Shown here piece by piece: positions 29,811 through 40,800 of a stretch of DNA of 64,000 bases. The notes below the pieces were generated by a model, which was given only the letters and a program-made list of their open reading frames with translations, did no database searches and was not told the origin of the DNA. The stretch covers positions 9,292 through 73,291 of the forward strand of contig JBJLBX010000018.1 of assembly GCA_045567955.1 (NCBI GenBank), given 5' to 3'. Every line of letters begins with the position of its first letter. Position 1 is the stretch's first letter. The position numbers and the translations under genes were made by a program. This DNA is from Candidatus Poseidoniales archaeon (GTDB lineage: Archaea; Thermoplasmatota; Poseidoniia; MGIII; CG-Epi1).

Positions 29811-31124
29811 TTGATGAAAAATACACCAGTATCAAAAAAAATCATAAGTGAAATATTTGATGAAACTGGATTTGATCAAAATAATCTATCTATACGTGAA
29901 ACCAATCGCTTGGCTACAATCATAAGTAAAAAAGGAGATATTGATTTTATTAGAATGGAAATGGGAATTCCAAATATCCCACCTTCTGATATTGCTAAAG
30001 AAGCGGAAAAAGAAGCAATAGACAAAGGCATGCAAGGTTTCTATCCTCCATTTGACGGAATTCCAGAGTTGAAATCAGCAGGAAGTGAATTTGTCAAAGC
30101 ATTTTTAGATATAACTGTAGAGGCTGAAAATATAATTCCAACTTGTGGATCATTACAAGGAGGATATATTTCTCAAGCCTTAGCTGGAAAAATGCACCCT
30201 GGAAAAGATACAATTTTATACTTAGATCCTACATTTCCTGTGACAAGATATCAAGCTAAATTCTTAGGCTTGAATAGTACTGGTATTGAACTTTATGACA
30301 ATAGAGGTGAAAGACTAATTGAAGCTATTAATGGAAAAGTCAAAAATGGAAATATAGGAGGAATTTTATGGTCATCTCCAAACAATCCTAGTTGGTCATG
30401 CTTAACTGAAAATGAGCTAGAAGGGATTGCTAAAATTTGTGACAAAAATGACATCTTAGCAATTGAAGATTTAGCATATCTGGGAATGGACTTTAGAAAA
30501 GACTATTCGCAGCCTTATCAAAAACCGTACATACCTACAATTGGTAAATTTGGGATTAAATGGGTAACTTTAATTTCAGCTTCTAAAGCCTTTTCATTTC
30601 CAGGACCAAGATGTGGACTTGCCATTATTTCCCCAAAACTAAACAAAATGGAATTTGAAGGACTTGAAGACTTTTGTGGTCGTAAAAGATTTGGGCATGC
30701 TTTTGCTTTAGGAGGACTGTATGTTACTACATCTGGGACAAGCCATACTGCACAATTTGCTTTAGCTAAAATGTTGAAAGCATCGGCAGAAGGCAAATTT
30801 AATTTTATTAAGATAACTCGTGCATACGGAGAGAGAGCAAAACATGTCAGAAAACTTTTCCTAAAATATGGATTCAAACAAGTATACGAAAAAGATATGG
30901 ATGAAATAGTAGGAGATGGATTCTATCTTACCATGTCTTATCCTAACTATGATGGAAATAACTTAATGTTAGAATTAATGAGATATGGTATATCAACAAT
31001 TACTCTAAAATCAACCGGTTCAAATAGGCATGAAGGGTTACGTGTTTGTATCTCTTTTGTGGATTTGAAAGATATGCCACTTTTGGAAGAAAAATTGAAA
31101 AAATTTATGGAGAATAACACTTGA
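29811..31124 (+). CDS. PLP-dependent aminotransferase class I/II
   Basis: Motifs FIRMEMG.P, PNNPSW, EDLAY and SASKAFS.PG.R. Confidence 0.88.
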   Translation: MMKNTPVSKKIISEIFDETGFDQNNLSIRETNRLATIISKKGDIDFIRMEMGIPNIPPSDIAKEAEKEAIDKGMQGFYPPFDGIPELKSAGSEFVKAFLDITVEAENIIPTCGSLQGGYISQALAGKMHPGKDTILYLDPTFPVTRYQAKFLGLNSTGIELYDNRGERLIEAINGKVKNGNIGGILWSSPNNPSWSCLTENELEGIAKICDKNDILAIEDLAYLGMDFRKDYSQPYQKPYIPTIGKFGIKWVTLISASKAFSFPGPRCGLAIISPKLNKMEFEGLEDFCGRKRFGHAFALGGLYVTTSGTSHTAQFALAKMLKASAEGKFNFIKITRAYGERAKHVRKLFLKYGFKQVYEKDMDEIVGDGFYLTMSYPNYDGNNLMLELMRYGISTITLKSTGSNRHEGLRVCISFVDLKDMPLLEEKLKKFMENNT

Positions 31125-32140
31125 AAACAAACAATATCGATTTCGATAATTTAACTTTTACATTTACGAAAACTCGTTCAATGTATGTTGCAAAATGCAA
31201 GCAAGGAGATAACTGGAATTCTGGAGAGTTGATTCCATATGGGGATATTTCAATATCTCCAGCTTCAACGGTTCTGAATTATGGCCAAGGTTTATTTGAA
31301 GGAATGAAAGCCTACAAAACAGATAGTGGCCGAATTTTATTATTTAGACCCGAAAAAAATGCAGAAAGAGCTGCTAAAGGATGTACTCGATTATCTATGC
31401 CTGAAATTCCCAAAAATATTTTTTTGGAAGCTGTAAAAAGTGTCGTCCAAGACAATTCAGATTATATTCCACCTACTGAAAAAGGTGCATTATACATTAG
31501 GCCTATTATTTTTGGATCCGCTGAAGGGCTAGGTGTAGCGCCTTCTACAGAATACACTTTTATGGTCTATTGCTCACCTGTTGGACCTTATTTTAAAGGA
31601 GGATTAGCACCCATAAAACTAATCGTATCCACACAATATCACAGAGCACCTCTCAAAGGCACTGGCGGAGTAAAGGCAATTGGAAACTACGTTCCTGGAA
31701 TGTTACCAAGTGGCGATGCCAAAAAGAAAGGTTTTGCTGAAATAATATATCTGGATGCTGCCGAGGAGAAATACGTAGAAGAAGTAGGAGCTGCAAATTT
31801 CTTTGCCATTATAAACGGGAAAATGATAACACCTAAATTAACCGGTTCAATACTCCCCGGGATAACTAGAGATTCAGTGATACATATAGCTAAAGAAAAA
31901 TTAGGACTTGATGTAGAAGAAAGACGAATAAGTATTGATGAAGCTATGGCAGCTGAAGAAGTATTTTGTGCAGGCACTGCTGCAATAATATCACCAATAG
32001 GATCAATAAAATATAACAATAAAGAACATCTATTTTCAAATGGAGATGTAGGGCCAATTACAAGAGAACTATACGACATTTTAACAGGTATACAATATGG
32101 CAATGATAAGGACCCATTTGACTGGATAATAGAACTATAA
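31121..32140 (+). CDS. ilvE: branched-chain amino acid aminotransferase
   Basis: Motifs LNYGQGLFEGMKAY, LYIRP, GTGGVK..GNY, ILPGITRDS and GTAA. Confidence 0.95.
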   Translation: MKTNNIDFDNLTFTFTKTRSMYVAKCKQGDNWNSGELIPYGDISISPASTVLNYGQGLFEGMKAYKTDSGRILLFRPEKNAERAAKGCTRLSMPEIPKNIFLEAVKSVVQDNSDYIPPTEKGALYIRPIIFGSAEGLGVAPSTEYTFMVYCSPVGPYFKGGLAPIKLIVSTQYHRAPLKGTGGVKAIGNYVPGMLPSGDAKKKGFAEIIYLDAAEEKYVEEVGAANFFAIINGKMITPKLTGSILPGITRDSVIHIAKEKLGLDVEERRISIDEAMAAEEVFCAGTAAIISPIGSIKYNNKEHLFSNGDVGPITRELYDILTGIQYGNDKDPFDWIIEL

Positions 32141-32175
32141 CGTGATTTATACCCCTAGACAATACTTTAGATAGC

Positions 32176-33480
32176 ATGAAAACGCTCATATATGAATTAT
32201 CTAGCAAAATCCAAACAAGAAAGGCTAAAATTGGTATAATCGGAATGGGCTATGTCGGAATACCCTTAGGATTAGAATTTGAAAAAGCTGGATTTACTAT
32301 AATCGGATTTGATAAAGATAAAAAACGTGTTGATGATATTAACAATGGAAAACAAGTGATGAAGCATATCTCTTCTAATTTAATGTCTGAATTTATTAAA
32401 TCTAATAGAGCAACTGCTACAACTGATTTTACTAAAATTCAAGAAGCTGACTGCCTGATTCTATGTGTCCCAACGCCTCTTGATGAACATGAACAACCTG
32501 ATATGAGTTATGTTGAAAGTGCAACTAATGAAATCTCAAAGAATATCTCTAAAGGACAGTTGATTGTTCTGGAATCTACTACATATCCTGGAACTACTCG
32601 AGAGATTGTTATGCCATTATTAGAAAAATCTAATTTGAAGGCTGGAAAAGATTTCTTTTTAGCATATTCGCCGGAAAGAGAAGACCCAGGAAATAAAGAA
32701 TTTAGTGTGTCAAAAATACCTAAAGTAATAGGAGGATATACTAATAATTGTTTACAAATGACCTGTGAACTTTATGATACAATTGTATCTGAAACCGTAA
32801 AAGTGAGCTCTATGGAAACTGCTGAATCTACAAAACTCATGGAAAATATATTCAGAGCAGTCAATATTGCAATGGTCAATGAATTAAAACTAGTTTTCGA
32901 CAGAATGGGAGTAAATATTTGGGAAGTAATTGATGCTGCTAAAACAAAACCTTTCGGATTCATGCCATTTTATCCTGGACCTGGCATGGGAGGTCATTGT
33001 ATACCCATTGATCCTTTTTATCTATCTTGGAAAGCTAAAGAATTCAATACCGAAGCGAAATTTATTGAACTAGCTGGTGAAATTAATCGGAAAATGACCG
33101 AGAATATAGCTCACAGAGTAGGTAAAGCCTTGAATGATGATAAAAAGAGTATTAGAGAAAGTAAGATACTTATAATTGGATTGGCATACAAAAAAGACAT
33201 AGATGATATAAGAGAGTCTCCTGCGATTAAAATCATGGATTTATTGAAGTACAAAGGTGCAAAGATAGACTACCATGATCCCTTCGTAAATGAATTTAGA
33301 GACTTGCGAAGTATCGATCTAACTACAAAAAATATTCAGAAATATGACTCATTAATAATTACTACAGATCATAGTGAAATAGACTATGAAATGATTGGAA
33401 AACATGCCTCATTAGTGGTAGACACAAGAAATATCATGTCATCTGTTAAAAAACCAAAATCTAGAATTGTAATGGCCTGA
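32176..33480 (+). CDS. UDP-N-acetylhexosamine 6-dehydrogenase (WbpA/WecC-like)
   Basis: Motifs GMGYVG, CVPTP, ESTTYPGTT, SPERED, GGHCIPIDP and D.RESP. Confidence 0.92.
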   Translation: MKTLIYELSSKIQTRKAKIGIIGMGYVGIPLGLEFEKAGFTIIGFDKDKKRVDDINNGKQVMKHISSNLMSEFIKSNRATATTDFTKIQEADCLILCVPTPLDEHEQPDMSYVESATNEISKNISKGQLIVLESTTYPGTTREIVMPLLEKSNLKAGKDFFLAYSPEREDPGNKEFSVSKIPKVIGGYTNNCLQMTCELYDTIVSETVKVSSMETAESTKLMENIFRAVNIAMVNELKLVFDRMGVNIWEVIDAAKTKPFGFMPFYPGPGMGGHCIPIDPFYLSWKAKEFNTEAKFIELAGEINRKMTENIAHRVGKALNDDKKSIRESKILIIGLAYKKDIDDIRESPAIKIMDLLKYKGAKIDYHDPFVNEFRDLRSIDLTTKNIQKYDSLIITTDHSEIDYEMIGKHASLVVDTRNIMSSVKKPKSRIVMA

Positions 33481-33482
33481 GA

Positions 33483-34403
33483 ATGAATAGGCATCAAATT
33501 ATACGAGATAAAATCATAAAAAAATATAGTATTTTAGTAGATGATGAAAAAAAATTTGCGAAGTCTATTAACTTACCTTTGAAACAATCTTTCAGAGTTA
33601 ATACATTAAAAGAAGAAAAAGAACGTGTTTTAAATAAACTGAAAGAGTATGATCCTAAAATAAAAACCACTGAGTGGAATGATAATGCTCATGTCTCTGA
33701 ATTAGATAATTTGGGAAGTAGCCTAGAACATTTTGTCGGCCACATCTATATCCAAGAACTAACTTCAATGATTCCTCCATTAGTAGTCAAAGATTTAATC
33801 AAAAATGCTAGTATCATCGATTGTTGTGCAGCACCGGGTTCTAAGACAACACAAATGGCTGCAATGATGGAAAATAAAGGACATATAATTGCAAATGATG
33901 CCAGACATGCTCGATTGAAATCACTTAGAGGGAACTTAGATCGGCTTGGAGTTACAAATACTTCAGTAACATTAAGAGATTTTAAATCATTTCCAAATAC
34001 AAAAGCAGATTTATATTTTGTTGATGCGCCATGTAGTTCTGAAGGGACTATTCGCAAAAAAAAAAGTGTAGCCCGGACTTGGAGAGAAAAAGATTACCTC
34101 CGATTTAATAAACTTCAAAAAGGATTATTGGGAAAAGCATGTGAAATGGCGCCTTCAGGAAGTGCGGTTGTGTATTCTACCTGTACTTTTTCACCAGATG
34201 AAAATGAAAAAGTAGTAAGTGATATATTAGACAAATATAATATGAAAATGAAAAAAATAGATATAAAAAAACTGAAAAGTGAGTCTGGAATTACTAAATG
34301 GAATAATGAAAAATATAACTCTGAAGTCGAAAAATGCATGAGAGTGTGGCCTCACCATAATGATACTGATGCTTTTTTCATAGCGAGAATGGAAAAATGT
34401 TAA
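33483..34403 (+). CDS. RsmB/NOL1/NOP2 family RNA m5C methyltransferase
   Basis: Motifs RVNTLK, YIQE..SM, DCCAAPGSKT, DAPCS and YSTCT...ENE. Confidence 0.93.
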   Translation: MNRHQIIRDKIIKKYSILVDDEKKFAKSINLPLKQSFRVNTLKEEKERVLNKLKEYDPKIKTTEWNDNAHVSELDNLGSSLEHFVGHIYIQELTSMIPPLVVKDLIKNASIIDCCAAPGSKTTQMAAMMENKGHIIANDARHARLKSLRGNLDRLGVTNTSVTLRDFKSFPNTKADLYFVDAPCSSEGTIRKKKSVARTWREKDYLRFNKLQKGLLGKACEMAPSGSAVVYSTCTFSPDENEKVVSDILDKYNMKMKKIDIKKLKSESGITKWNNEKYNSEVEKCMRVWPHHNDTDAFFIARMEKC

Positions 34404-34849
34404 AACCTCTAGTAAAAGAAAAGAAAGAGCTAATTCAAGAGTATTGCGTTGAACGGTTTGGTATGGACTCTGAGATTTGGAATAATTACGAATGGTATTC
34501 AGGATCTAAAAATAAAATATACCTCGCAAATACTTTAGATATTGAAAGAATAATTCCTGAAAGTAAAGGCATTTGTATTTTCAGACTTGATAAAAGTCCA
34601 AAACCAACAACTAATTTCCTCCAGTTATTTGGAAAATATATATCAAAAAATTATATTGAAATTAATAATAAAAATACTATCAAATATTGTAAAGGAGATG
34701 ATTTAATCTTAGAAAGTAATAAGGCAATCGTCCCGGGGTTTGTTCTAATAACTAATAATAAAAGATTTTTAGGATGCGGACATTGGAATGGTAAATTGCT
34801 TAAGAATCAACTTCCAAAATCTAAATTTTGTAATATAAATTTTCTTTAA
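34397..34849 (+). CDS. NIP7/PUA-like partner protein of the m5C methyltransferase
   Basis: KPTTNFLQLFG...KN and LGCG..LKNQLPK. Overlaps the upstream gene by 7 nt. Confidence 0.65.
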   Translation: MLKPLVKEKKELIQEYCVERFGMDSEIWNNYEWYSGSKNKIYLANTLDIERIIPESKGICIFRLDKSPKPTTNFLQLFGKYISKNYIEINNKNTIKYCKGDDLILESNKAIVPGFVLITNNKRFLGCGHWNGKLLKNQLPKSKFCNINFL

Positions 34850-34892
34850 GAACAGGCATACTGCTTAATTATTGGCTTTTATACGGTTAAAC

Positions 34893-37055
34893 ATGGGTCA
34901 AATGACCTTCGATTTCGAAGCTGATGATAATACTCCTGTAGAACCTCAGAAAGAGGTTGAAAAAATAGAAGATAATGATAAAAAAGAAATCACGGAAAAA
35001 ACGACACCTGAAAAAGAAAAGAAAGATAATACCGATAAGAAAGATATAAATGTGAAAACTAAGAAAGAAAAAAAAGAACGTAAAAAAAAGGGTCAACCCA
35101 AAACTAAGGCCCACCAACTTGCAAAAGAACAAAGAGATATTCCCGTTTCAGAATTCTTTGAACAAAACAGACATATTTTAGGATTTGACAATCCTACGCA
35201 TTCATTAATTACTGCTGTTAAAGAAGGTGTAGACAATAGTTTGGATGCATGTGAACAAGCTGGTTTTCTACCTGAATTAAAAATAGAAATTGGTAATTTG
35301 GGAAAGGATGAATTGAGTATTGCTATTGAGGATAATGGACCTGGAATTGTTGAAGAAAATGTGCCAAATGTTTTTGGAAGACTTTTGTACGGTTCTCGGT
35401 TTGGAAGTGGAAAACAATCTCGTGGACAACAAGGCATTGGAATCTCAGCAGCTATAATGTATGGCCAATTAACAACAGGTCGATCTGCAATTATCAGTAC
35501 AAGAATATCTAAAGAGCATTTAGCAAATCGAATAACTATGAAGCTTGATACAAGAAATAATCGAGGCAATATTGAGCGAACTGAAGATTTTGTTTGGAAA
35601 AATGATACAGAAGAACCTGATGAAGACGGAATTTATCCTGAAAAATATCATGGAACTAGAGTAGAATTTGCAATAAAGGGAAGATATCGTGAAGCTAGAC
35701 CTTCTGTTTTAGAATATATCAAATCTACGGCTATTGTCAATCCACATGCTAAAATAATTTTTAAAAATCCAGATGGAAAAAATTTCTTATTTGATAGAGG
35801 AAGTCATGAACTTCCAAAATTACCAACGGAGGGAGTCAAACCTCATCCACATGGCGTTGAATTAGGGCAGTTGATGCGTATGGCACACCATAGCTCAGAG
35901 CATCAAATGGGGAATTTTCTCCGCAAAGATTTCTCATCAATGGGAGCTAAGAGTATACAAGATGTTTTGAGAAAAGCAAGATTAACTAAAGTAGTCAGAC
36001 CTCAAGATACAACGCGTGTTGAAGCTAAAAAGTTAATAGAAGCATTCAAAACTACATCGATAAGAACTCCTACAAGTGGAGTATTGGTACCTATCGGACC
36101 TAAATTAATAAAACTAGGATTAAAACAAGTTTTAGAAAAATATAGACCTGATTTTTACACATTACCTATTAGCAGAACTCCATCTGTTTTTTCAGGCACT
36201 CCTTTTTTAGTTGAAGTTGGAATGGTTTATGGAGGGAACTTACCAAAAGATCAACCTGTACAAGTTCTAAGATTTGCAAATAGAGTTCCTTTGCTTTATC
36301 AGGCAGGAGGTTGCGCTATTACTAAAGCTATTCAGAGTATTAATTGGAGACTTTACGGACTTGACCAAAAAGGTGGAAAAGGCACTCCAAGTGGTCCTGC
36401 TATTATACTCGTTCATGTGGCTTCAACAAATATACCCTTCACATCTGAAGCAAAAGAAGCAATTGCAGACATAAAAGAAATTAAAAAAGAAATTAAACTA
36501 GCGTTACGAAATAATGCTAAAACACTTTCAAAGCACCTTAAGAAACAAAAGAAACGAGCTAAAGTTAGTGAAAAATTTGATTTAGTCCAAAAAGTTTTAC
36601 CAGCTATTGCTGAAAAAACATCAAGTGTTGTAGGCAAGCCGGTGCCTAATCTAGACAAAATAGTAGCAGCCATAATGGATGTTGTTTGGATTGAAGAAAA
36701 AATAGAATTTGAGAATGAACAAATTGAAATCGAAATTGAAATCATTAATTATCGTTTAAGATCTGCTAATTTCAAATTAAGAGTTGAAGTTCCAGGTCAT
36801 GAAATTACTGAAGCTGTACCGAGGCCTGGGAAAAGAGAAGGAAACCATGTTATTTGGTCAGTAGGTTTACCGACTACTGAATCTGCAAAATATAAATTTC
36901 TAGTACCGCAAGGAAATAGAAGTAGTTTTGAAGGGTTAGAAATATGGGTAGAAGGCATTGATTCCACAAACATTATTGGAGCTGAAAAATGGACCGGAGT
37001 TATTGACCCTGGAATAAATGAAGCTATAGAAGCTGAAAAACAGGGACTTGTATAA
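34893..37055 (+). CDS. top6B: DNA topoisomerase VI subunit B
   Basis: Motifs SEFFE.N..ILGF, KEGVDNSLDA, EDNGPG, SRGQQGIGIS, RFANRVPLLY and PFTSEAKEA. The likely start is ATG at 34893. Confidence 0.96.
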   Translation: MGQMTFDFEADDNTPVEPQKEVEKIEDNDKKEITEKTTPEKEKKDNTDKKDINVKTKKEKKERKKKGQPKTKAHQLAKEQRDIPVSEFFEQNRHILGFDNPTHSLITAVKEGVDNSLDACEQAGFLPELKIEIGNLGKDELSIAIEDNGPGIVEENVPNVFGRLLYGSRFGSGKQSRGQQGIGISAAIMYGQLTTGRSAIISTRISKEHLANRITMKLDTRNNRGNIERTEDFVWKNDTEEPDEDGIYPEKYHGTRVEFAIKGRYREARPSVLEYIKSTAIVNPHAKIIFKNPDGKNFLFDRGSHELPKLPTEGVKPHPHGVELGQLMRMAHHSSEHQMGNFLRKDFSSMGAKSIQDVLRKARLTKVVRPQDTTRVEAKKLIEAFKTTSIRTPTSGVLVPIGPKLIKLGLKQVLEKYRPDFYTLPISRTPSVFSGTPFLVEVGMVYGGNLPKDQPVQVLRFANRVPLLYQAGGCAITKAIQSINWRLYGLDQKGGKGTPSGPAIILVHVASTNIPFTSEAKEAIADIKEIKKEIKLALRNNAKTLSKHLKKQKKRAKVSEKFDLVQKVLPAIAEKTSSVVGKPVPNLDKIVAAIMDVVWIEEKIEFENEQIEIEIEIINYRLRSANFKLRVEVPGHEITEAVPRPGKREGNHVIWSVGLPTTESAKYKFLVPQGNRSSFEGLEIWVEGIDSTNIIGAEKWTGVIDPGINEAIEAEKQGLV

Positions 37056-37057
37056 AT

Positions 37058-37642
37058 ATGAAATTGCCAGATGGCATTCGGAAAAAAAGATCGTTCTTAG
37101 AAATTAAAGAAAGAAATAATTGGATTTCTTGGAATCCTTACCATTCGAAATTATCTGCATATTTGTTAGCTAAAGGGAAATATTGGCCATTTACCAAAAA
37201 AAGTATTGTTTTATACCTTGGAGCTGCTGAAGGAAATACAATACGCTTTCTTAGTAATATTTGTTCTGAAGGTCGATTAATTGGTGTAGATATTTCACCA
37301 ACTTCAATGGCTGAATTACTTCTATTAGCTGAAGAAAAAAACAATATTATCCCATTTCTAGGAGATGCACATTTCCCAAAACATTACCATCCACATACTA
37401 ATTCTCCAAATATAATATATCAAGATATTGCACAGGGTGATCAATTAGATATTTTTACAAGAAATTATGATTATTTTAAACCTAAATGTGGATTTCTTAT
37501 GCTTAAGTCAAAATCAATCAAAGGTGATGATAATTATATTATTAAGCAATACAATGATAATTTGAAATCAAAATTTGATATTGTAGAATGTATTAATATT
37601 TCAAAATGGGCTAAGGGCCATAGAGCCTATTATGTCCAATAA
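37058..37642 (+). CDS. flpA: fibrillarin-like 2'-O-methyltransferase
   Basis: Motifs WNPYHSKL, VLYLGAA.G.T, NIIP..GDA and IYQDIAQ.DQ. Confidence 0.93.
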   Translation: MKLPDGIRKKRSFLEIKERNNWISWNPYHSKLSAYLLAKGKYWPFTKKSIVLYLGAAEGNTIRFLSNICSEGRLIGVDISPTSMAELLLLAEEKNNIIPFLGDAHFPKHYHPHTNSPNIIYQDIAQGDQLDIFTRNYDYFKPKCGFLMLKSKSIKGDDNYIIKQYNDNLKSKFDIVECINISKWAKGHRAYYVQ

Positions 37643-37717
37643 TGGAGCCATCGGTGGGAATCGAACCCACGACCTGCGCCTTACCAAGGCACCGCTATAC
37701 CCCTTAGCCACGATGGC
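37643..37717 (-). tRNA. tRNA-Thr(GGT) with encoded CCA
   Basis: Reverse complement GCCATCGTGGCTAAGGGGTATAGCGGTGCCTTGGTAAGGCGCAGGTCGTGGGTTCGATTCCCACCGATGGCTCCA folds as a cloverleaf with anticodon loop TTGGTAA. Confidence 0.96.
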
Positions 37718-37826
37718 TCAAAAATGCGACTGAAGGGGGCTAAAAAGAGTTTAGCACATTTGTAGTGTTCTACCCATAACCTATTACACCCTACGCTATT
37801 CTGTAGCAGACGGTTAATCAAAAAAC

Positions 37827-40800
37827 ATGGTAACATACATATCTAATAGAAAAACCAAAGAAGAAGTTCTAGATGATTTTGAACCTTTAATCAGTACTTG
37901 GTTTAATAATAAATTTGATGATTTGACGCCACCACAAGCAATGGCTGTGCCATTAATAGATAATAATGAAAATGTTCTTGTTTCGAGTCCAACTGGAACT
38001 GGTAAAACCTTAACTGCATTTTTAAGTATTCTAAATAATTTTCTTAAAATTCATCGTGAAGGTAATTTTGAAGACGGCGTTCATGCCATTTATATTTCAC
38101 CACTGAAAGCTCTAGCAAATGATATTGATAGAAATTTAAAACAGCCGCTGGATGAAATGATGGTACTGGCTGAAGAACTAAACATAGACGTTCCTGAAAT
38201 TAAAGTAGCAGTTCGATCTGGTGATACCTCGCTTAAGGAAAGAGCAAGAATGGTTAGGAAACCTCCTCATATCTTAATTACTACTCCTGAGAGTTTGGGA
38301 TTATTATTATCTTCTAAAAAATTTAGAGATCATTTTAGAAAAACAAGATATATTATCCTCGATGAGATACATGACTTAGCAAATAATAAAAGAGGAACTC
38401 ATCTATCTCTTTCTGTTGAAAGGTTGGCTCAAATTATAGATCATGAGCCTGTAAGAATCGGTTTATCTGCAACACAAGCTCCAATTGAAGATATTGCTGG
38501 GTTTCTGGGAGGATATAGTAAAGGTAAACCAAGACATGTAAATATTGTAGATGTTAAAGAAAGAAAACATCTAGACTTGAAGGTTCTTTGTCCTGTTGAT
38601 GATCTTACTTTGCATTCTACTGAAGTTATTAATTCAAAAATGTATGATTTGCTTGTTGATTTAATTCAGGATCACCGTACTACCTTAATTTTTACAAATA
38701 CAAGGGCTGGAACTGAATCTATTTCTTTACAACTTAAAGAAAGAGGTATTGAAAAATTAGCTGCACATCACGGCTCTCTATCAAAAGAAATGAGATTTGA
38801 TGTAGAGAAAAAATTAAAAAAAGGAGAAATGGATGTCGTAATTTCTTCAACAAGTCTTGAACTAGGAATAGACATTGGGTATGTTGACTTAGTTGTTCAA
38901 ATTGGTTCACCTAAATCTATTGCAAAAGGATTGCAACGCATAGGAAGAGCAGGGCATGCTTTGAGAGCCATATCAAAAGGTAGACTTGTTGTCTTTGATT
39001 CTGATGACTTAATTGAATGTGCGGTTTTAGTTAAATCTGCATATGAAGGTGAAATTGATCGTGTTTCAATACCTGAAAAAGCTACCGATGTTTTAGCTCA
39101 ATCCATAATTGGAATGTCGTTAGATAGAACATGGAATGTTGAAGAAATGTATCGTCTTGTAATTTCAGCATATCCTTATCGGGACTTATCTAAAAACGAA
39201 TTTTTAGAAATATTAGATTTCTTGGGAGGAGATGCACTTGAAAAACATGGTGTTTATCCTAAAATATGGTATGATAAAACTGGCGATGAAATTGGGATAA
39301 AAAGAGGTTCAAGACAAATTTATAACATGAATATTGGCACTATTCCACAAGAAATAAACTATGCAGTAGTTCTTGAAGGGAGGGGTGCTCAGCTAGGGAA
39401 TTTATCGGAAAAATTTGTTGAAAACTTAAGTAAAAATGACATCTTTGTTCTTGGTGGAAGGACCTACCAATTTTTGGAATCGAATCGCTCAACAGTTGTT
39501 GTAAAAGATGGTCTTGGAAGAAAACCTACAGTACCTTCTTGGTCTGGTGAAATGCTGCCGCGATCTTTTGATTTGTCTGAAGCTGTTGGAAGATTTAGAG
39601 GAGAAGTTGAAGAAAAATTAAAGCTAACTGAAGATGAGATTTATAATTGGCTTGGAGATGAATATAAATTGGACAAAGGTGCTGCTAGAACCATTATTTC
39701 TCATTTGGATGAACAAAAGAAAATCTGTGGATTTATACCTTCTGATAAACGTCTTATGGTTGAGGGATATGTGGATAATAGAGGAAGAAGTGGAGCCATA
39801 TTCCATTTCCCCTTTGGTAGAAGAGTTAATGATGCCTTAGCAAGAGCATTTGCATTTCAACTTGGTAAAGAAATTGGAGGAAGTGTTCGAATTTCATTGA
39901 GTGATGATGCATTTTTACTAACATTCCCCACTAGGTTAGCGATTGAAGGGCTTGCTGACAGATTGATGCCAAAAAATTTGGAGCCATTGCTACGGAAATC
40001 TATTACTAATACTGAGATTTTTGCACAAAGATTCAGACATTGTGCTAATCGTTCATTTATGGTTTTACGTAATTATAAAGGTAGAGAGATATCATTACCA
40101 AGACAACAATTAAGAACTGCCCAAGTTTTAGAAGCTATTAACGAAGTAGGTACTTTCCCTATGTTAGAAGAAGCATATCGTGAGGTTTTACATGACGCTT
40201 TTGATTTGAAAAATGCTCAAGTTATAATAGACGACATAGGAAATAAAAAAAGAAAAATAGACTACAGAACTTATTCACCTGTTCCTTCACCATTATCTCA
40301 TAGTCTGATTCTATCTGGGCTTAGCGATATTGTTCTAATGGAAGATCGATCTGCTCTATTAAGAGAATTACATTCTCAAGTATTAGGAAGAGTTCTAGAA
40401 GAAGGAGGTGGAGATAAACCTAGATTTGAGAAAGACTTAATAGAAGGATACTTCAATGAAAAAAGACCAATTATTGGAAGTAATGAAGGTATAATTCAAG
40501 CAATAAATCAAATCGGTGGTATTTACTTACTAAGCGATCAAGAAAAATCAATCTATCGTATGTCTGATATGCCTATTGCCGAAATACAAGAACTATGTAA
40601 CTATATGATTGAAGAAAACATTGTAGAATCAGTATGGAATGGAAATAAAGATTCATTATTTGTTGTACCTGCATTAGTTCCATATTATAAGGCAATTTAT
40701 GGTATTGATGAAAAATTATCAAAAGAAGCTAAGAAAGTATATGATAAGTTGAAAAAAGTAAAAGATGTTAAATCCAAAAAGATTTGTGAAGAATTAGAGA

